From Dehalococcoidia bacterium (GTDB taxonomy: Bacteria; Chloroflexota; Dehalococcoidia; Lucifugimonadales; UBA3495), in NCBI GenBank assembly GCA_965203855.1, contig CBDBDN010000005.1, forward strand, positions 463,806 through 527,805: a stretch of 64,000 bases of DNA. Reading direction: 5' to 3'. Position 1 is the first letter of the stretch, and each line of letters begins with the position of its first letter. Of this stretch, positions 62,609-64,000 are shown in pieces. The notes under the pieces were generated by a model. It made no database searches. It saw only the letters and a list, made by a program, of their open reading frames with translations, and had not been told where the DNA came from. A program made the position numbers and the translations under genes.

Positions 62609-64000
62609 ATGCCGCATCCCGTTTCTATCATCATAGTAGTTTTTGACGGATTGCAGCCGGCTCAGATTACGCCGGAGCTGATGCCGAACCTGGCCCGTTT
62701 CGCCAGCGGGGGCGTGGCATTCAGTAGCCACCATCCGGCCTATCCTACCGTTACCCGCGTCAACGCCGCTACCATAGTTACCGGATGCGCTCCCGGACGG
62801 CATGGGTTATCCGGCAACACTTTTCTGGCTCGCGATTTTGCCCCTCACCGGGTCATTGGCGCATTGGAACCGACGCTCCAGGCGATTGCCGACGCCGGGC
62901 GGCCCGTGCTGCTGGCGGACACGCTGGCGGATATTCTGGGGCGGAACGGGATGGAGTACATCGCCATCGGCACTGGCACCAGCGGCAACGCCTACCTGCA
63001 TAACCCCAACGCCGCCGTGTCGGGCGGAGCGACGATTCATCCCGATTTTACGCTGCCGCGCCCGCTGAACGCTGAGCTGGCGGCGCGGTTCGGCGACTGG
63101 CCGGAAGCGGATTTGCCCAACACGCCGCGTCTGTCGCACGCGCGCCGCATTTTGACGGAATACATTCTGCCGGAGCGACAGCCCGCCGTTGCGCTGCTCT
63201 GGTCGTCCGAACCGGACAAATCGCAGCACGAGTTCGGCGTCGGGCTTGGGGAGGTTTCCGATGCTTTGGCGGAAGCCGATGCCGAGTTCGGCATCCTGCT
63301 GGATTATCTGGAAGCGTCTGGCCGCTCTGATACTACCGATATACTGGTATTGTCCGATCATGGCTATTCCACTATCAGCGAGACTATCCCGCTGGAAACG
63401 CTGCTGCACGCGGTCGGATTTCCCGACATTGAGCAGCCCGGCGGCGTAGCAGTGGCGAATAACGGCGGCTCGGCGTTGCTGTATCTCAACGAACCGGACG
63501 CCGGCAGCGCGGGCCGGCTGGCCGGGTGGCTGATGGAGCAGCCGTTTGCGGGAGCGATTTGCGCCGCTGCAAGACTGGGGCCGGTTGCCGGCGCACTGCC
63601 GGCGGCCCTGATTGGATGCGACGGCCTGCGTTCTCCCGACATAATGCTGTCTTTCGGCTGGAACAGCGAACCTAATGCGGCCGGCTATCCGGGTCATGCC
63701 CCATCAACCGGGGGACGGGCCGGGCAAGGGCAGCATGGCAGTATGAGCCGGCATGAGCTGAAAAATGTCGGCTTGGCGCGCGGCCCGTCGTTCCGCAACG
63801 GTACGACGCTGGAAACGCCCACCGGCAACTGCGATGTTGCGCCTACCGTGCTGCATCTGCTGGACATCCCCATCCGGCCCGGCGCTATGGACGGGCGGAT
63901 ACTAACTGAAGCATTGGCCGGGGTAACGGACGTTATGCCGCAAGCCGTCGTAACCACTCACTGCGCCGAACTGGGGCAGTACCGGCAGGAAATCCAGATT
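62609..64000 (+). CDS. alkaline phosphatase superfamily phosphodiesterase, 3'-truncated by window edge
   Basis: AAGGAG RBS; MPHPVSIIIVVFDGLQP..YPTVTRVNAATIVTG..HG, PDKSQH, LSDHG, GQHG; absent from the ORF track, apparently because no stop occurs in the window. Confidence 0.88.
   Translation, partial: MPHPVSIIIVVFDGLQPAQITPELMPNLARFASGGVAFSSHHPAYPTVTRVNAATIVTGCAPGRHGLSGNTFLARDFAPHRVIGALEPTLQAIADAGRPVLLADTLADILGRNGMEYIAIGTGTSGNAYLHNPNAAVSGGATIHPDFTLPRPLNAELAARFGDWPEADLPNTPRLSHARRILTEYILPERQPAVALLWSSEPDKSQHEFGVGLGEVSDALAEADAEFGILLDYLEASGRSDTTDILVLSDHGYSTISETIPLETLLHAVGFPDIEQPGGVAVANNGGSALLYLNEPDAGSAGRLAGWLMEQPFAGAICAAARLGPVAGALPAALIGCDGLRSPDIMLSFGWNSEPNAAGYPGHAPSTGGRAGQGQHGSMSRHELKNVGLARGPSFRNGTTLETPTGNCDVAPTVLHLLDIPIRPGAMDGRILTEALAGVTDVMPQAVVTTHCAELGQYRQEIQI

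Overview
High-GC bacterial chromosomal window. The gene content (F420/LLM oxidoreductases, paired CaiB CoA-transferases, a T-box, many Uma2 genes and toxin-antitoxin modules, an RCC1/FN3 surface protein) suggests Chloroflexota/Dehalococcoidia, possibly a SAR202-like host-associated lineage; this is inference only. The first ~30 kb is an accessory patchwork: a TIR-like gene, about five TA-like pairs, IS5 and IS30 remnants, a histidine decarboxylase-like gene, moxR/DUF58, and a four-copy Uma2 tandem array with mosaic sequences. The middle holds a panD-like plus triple methyltransferase operon behind a structured leader, ilvB with an Ile T-box, glycan genes and tRNA-Ile2(CAU). The last ~14 kb is a hopanoid cluster (polyprenyl synthase, hpnH, hpnG, hpnA, shc, hpnCDE) with an unusual translationally coupled tail (class II aldolase, atypical SDR, nucleoside hydrolase) followed by a phosphodiesterase. 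A REP-doublet repeat family occupies many intergenic regions. Best candidates for novelty: (1) an unassigned promoter-driven ~267-nt structured RNA at 16474-16740 with a partial second copy at ~49414-49464; (2) the divergent PanD plus methyltransferase operon, a possible new osmolyte pathway; (3) the hopanoid tailoring tail; (4) the Uma2 array; (5) a two-gene cassette that shares the 5' end of an aminotransferase gene. All calls were made by eye and no database search was run.
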